Source: Spirulina sp. (GTDB lineage: Bacteria > Cyanobacteriota > Cyanobacteriia > Phormidesmidales > Phormidesmidaceae). Taken from it: a stretch of 64,000 nt of DNA. Positions 61,278 to 64,000 of the stretch are shown here, one piece after another. The translations under genes and the position numbers were made by a program. The notes below the pieces were generated by a model that was given only the letters and a program-made list of their open reading frames with translations, did not search any database and was not told where the DNA came from. Within the stretch, counting starts at the first letter, position 1. Every line of letters starts with the position of its first letter. Location: NCBI GenBank assembly GCA_044070495.1, contig JBIPSI010000027.1:1-64000 (forward strand), read 5' to 3'.

Positions 61278-63107
61278 ATGGCTAGTTCCTTTTCCTCCCC
61301 CACCCGTCCCCGTCGGCCTCGGCGGAATCGGTCGCGTGTCCTCGATCAGGGCCGCCCCCAGGGGCAGCGAACGGAACGCACCGCTCGGCAACCCGTGGCC
61401 CAAACGGTAAGCGATACCCGCCGTCGATTGGTGATCGTGTGGGCGCTGCTAATGGCGATGATGGCCCTGCTAACCGGACGGCTGGTGTGGCTCCAGCTCA
61501 TGCAGGGGGAAAGCCTCGGCCAGATGGCGGCTCAACAGCGGGTGCGGCCCCATCAGCCCCAGCCCCTGCGCTACCCCATCGTGGATCGCCAGGGCAACCT
61601 GCTGGCGGTGGATCGCATGGTGTATACCCTCTACAGCCACCCCAAGCTGTTTGATCGCCCCTTAGAGGAAGTGGCCAGCGCCCTCAGTCCTCTGTTAGAA
61701 AAACCTGCTGCCGAATTGCAGGAACAGTGGGGCACTCAGCCTACAGGCATTCGGGTGATGGATGGCCTCACTGCCGAAACCGCCGACCGCATTCGACAAC
61801 TGCGGCTAAACGGGGTGGAGTTGGTGCCTCAACAGCAGCGGTTTTACCCTCAGGAAGATTTGTTTGCCCCCGTAGTGGGCTTTGTGAACCTGGACGGTGC
61901 CGCCCAGGCGGGGCTAGAAATCGCCCAGGAAGACCACCTGCTATTGCCGGAGCGGGATCAGAGTGATCTGGCCTTGGCCCTGGTGAGGGGGCAGGCAGAG
62001 AAGGCCACCCTACAACTTACCCTAGACAGCCGCCTTCAGCGGGTGGCCCAAAACGCCCTAGAGCGCGTCGTGGCTGAGCGATCCGCTAAGGGAGGATCCA
62101 TCATGGTGATGAATGTGGAGACGGGGGAAATGCTGGCCATGGCGGTGGCTCCCACCTATAATCCCAACGAGTATTACCGGGCCGATATGGAGGCGTTCCG
62201 CAACTGGGCCATCAGCGACCTCTACGAGCCGGGGTCTACCTTCAAGCCCATTAACGTGGCCATTGCCCTGGAAGCAGGCGTGCTTCAGCCCGATGAAATG
62301 GTGAACGATAGTGGCCAAATTCAGTTTGGTAAATGGACGATTCGCAACAGCGACTACGCTACCTCCGGAGGTCGAGGCACTATTTCTATCACCGATGTGC
62401 TGAAGTACTCTAGCAACGTGGGCATGATTCGCATTATGCAAAAGCTGCCCCCCCAAGACTACTTCCAGTGGTTGCAAGAACTCGGCCTGGATCAGCCCTC
62501 CGGCATTGATCTGCCCAATGAGGCTACGGGGCAGATGAAGGATCGGGAGCAATTTATTCGCAGCCGCGTTGAGCCTGCGACCACGTCCTTTGGTCAGGGC
62601 TTTTCCATGACGCCGATCAAAATGATGCAGCTTCAGGCGGCGATTATGAACGGCGGACGTCTGGTGACGCCCCACGTCATCCGTGGCATGGTGGCCGAGG
62701 ACGGTACTTCGCTGTGGCAACCGTCGCGCCCCATGCCCAAACAGGTTTTTTCAGAACGCACCACCCAAGCCCTAATGCCCATGCTGGAGGCCGTCGTGGC
62801 TACGGGCACCGGGAAAGCGTCCCAAGTTCCGGGCTATCGCATCGGCGGCAAAACCGGAACCGCCCAAAAAGCCCTGCCCGGTGGTGGCTATGGCCCAGGC
62901 CGCATCACCAGCTTTGTGGGGGTGTTGCCCGTGGATAGCCCCCGCTACGTGATCATGGCCATCCTCGACGAACCCAAGGGCGACGACGCCTACGGAGGCA
63001 CCACCGCCGCACCCCTGGTTAAAGCGGTAGCCGAATCCCTGGTGGTGTTGGAGGGTATTCCCCCCAGCGACAGGGCAGCGGTATCCGAGGCGGCGAACCA
63101 GGAGTAG
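61278..63107 (+). CDS. ftsI: Class B penicillin-binding protein
   Basis: EPGSTFK, SSN and KTGTAQK motifs. Confidence 0.9.
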   Translation: MASSFSSPTRPRRPRRNRSRVLDQGRPQGQRTERTARQPVAQTVSDTRRRLVIVWALLMAMMALLTGRLVWLQLMQGESLGQMAAQQRVRPHQPQPLRYPIVDRQGNLLAVDRMVYTLYSHPKLFDRPLEEVASALSPLLEKPAAELQEQWGTQPTGIRVMDGLTAETADRIRQLRLNGVELVPQQQRFYPQEDLFAPVVGFVNLDGAAQAGLEIAQEDHLLLPERDQSDLALALVRGQAEKATLQLTLDSRLQRVAQNALERVVAERSAKGGSIMVMNVETGEMLAMAVAPTYNPNEYYRADMEAFRNWAISDLYEPGSTFKPINVAIALEAGVLQPDEMVNDSGQIQFGKWTIRNSDYATSGGRGTISITDVLKYSSNVGMIRIMQKLPPQDYFQWLQELGLDQPSGIDLPNEATGQMKDREQFIRSRVEPATTSFGQGFSMTPIKMMQLQAAIMNGGRLVTPHVIRGMVAEDGTSLWQPSRPMPKQVFSERTTQALMPMLEAVVATGTGKASQVPGYRIGGKTGTAQKALPGGGYGPGRITSFVGVLPVDSPRYVIMAILDEPKGDDAYGGTTAAPLVKAVAESLVVLEGIPPSDRAAVSEAANQE

Positions 63108-63287
63108 CCTGAGTCGATTACAACGTTCTACCCTTACCAACAGTTCTCGATAGCGTGAGATGCACCGCTGCTGAGGTCTAGATCCCCCCAGTACTTTGCT
63201 GTCCCCGCTTTACTCTGTACCCCCCTTGATAAGGGGGGCAGGGGGATCATCGCAATGGACTGCACCCACGGAAAAGCCGCTGTCGTA

Positions 63288-63932
63288 TTAGGCATCGACG
63301 CAGTCAAAAATAGCGGTTTCCAACTGCTGTAACGCGGTTTCTAGGTCGTCGTTGACGATCTGCACATCAAATTCGGGGGCGGCGTCTATTTCCACCTGGG
63401 CGCGGGCCATGCGGCGCACAATGGCTTCTTCAGAATCCTTGCCGCGCTGGCGGATGCGTTGTTCTAGTTCATCTAGCGATGGGGGCAGCACAAACAACTG
63501 AAGCGCCTGGGGAAAGGTTTCTCGCACCTGACGAGCACCCTCTAGCTCAATTTCTAAAATGATCCATTCGCCCTGATCGAGGTGCTGCTGTACGGCGGTT
63601 TTGGGGGTGCCGTAGCAGTTGCCCGCAAACTCGGCCCATTCCAGCAGGTCGCCGTTTTCTACCATGGTTTGAAACTGATCGCGGCTGACGAAGTAGTAGT
63701 CTTTGCCGTCCACTTCGCCGGGACGGGGTTGGCGGGTGGTGGCGGAAATTGAGAGCCGCAGATTGGGATAGCGATCCCTCAGCGCCTTGAGCAACGTCCC
63801 CTTGCCGACGCCGCTTGGCCCGGTAAACACAATCAGCCGTCCGATGCGGGGGGGAGTCAGACCGGGGAGTCGATCCAGGTTATTGAGGATCTGTTGGTCG
63901 AGGTCTGGGGAGGAAGGGGTGCTAACAGCCAT
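63288..63932 (-). CDS. gmk: Guanylate kinase
   Basis: [23 protein letters not shown] and YGT motifs. Confidence 0.96.
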   Translation of the reverse strand: MAVSTPSSPDLDQQILNNLDRLPGLTPPRIGRLIVFTGPSGVGKGTLLKALRDRYPNLRLSISATTRQPRPGEVDGKDYYFVSRDQFQTMVENGDLLEWAEFAGNCYGTPKTAVQQHLDQGEWIILEIELEGARQVRETFPQALQLFVLPPSLDELEQRIRQRGKDSEEAIVRRMARAQVEIDAAPEFDVQIVNDDLETALQQLETAIFDCVDA

Positions 63933-64000
63933 GGCTACGGGGTTTGGATTAGAGAATGGCAGGGTTGGACGAATGGTAAGGGGGCTTTACTCTGTTGATT

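Overview
This is a 64-kb chromosomal segment of a GC-rich cyanobacterium; a filamentous Leptolyngbya/Nodosilinea-like host is my inference from gene content. Housekeeping genes include a partial psbA (D1), the NAD salvage operon pncB-nadD-nrtR with its operator, sipA, glcE, arsH with a MerR/thioredoxin/ArsP-like module, ftsH2, HCP plus CTDH, queF, narM, mlaDF, a CobW-family GTPase, dusA, pspA, dciA, split-intein dnaE-N, moaE, ilvB, ftsL-ftsI and gmk. Accessory DNA comprises a four-gene remnant of a Na+-type N-ATPase operon, three toxin-antitoxin-rich patches and several MITEs and REP-like elements. The most notable observations are: (i) an AT-rich two-gene module (soluble DUF4747-like protein plus 4-TM protein) in a TA island next to a duplicated dnaE-N 3' end, a candidate anti-phage system; (ii) a perfect 37-39-37 bp repeat-spacer-repeat inside a REP-like hairpin, resembling off-target Cas1-Cas2 spacer integration; (iii) an orphan integron-type attC site behind a TA pair; (iv) a DnaA-box cluster away from dnaA/dnaN; (v) apparent absence of CGATCG/HIP1. 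All family calls come from motif recognition by eye; no database searches were run.
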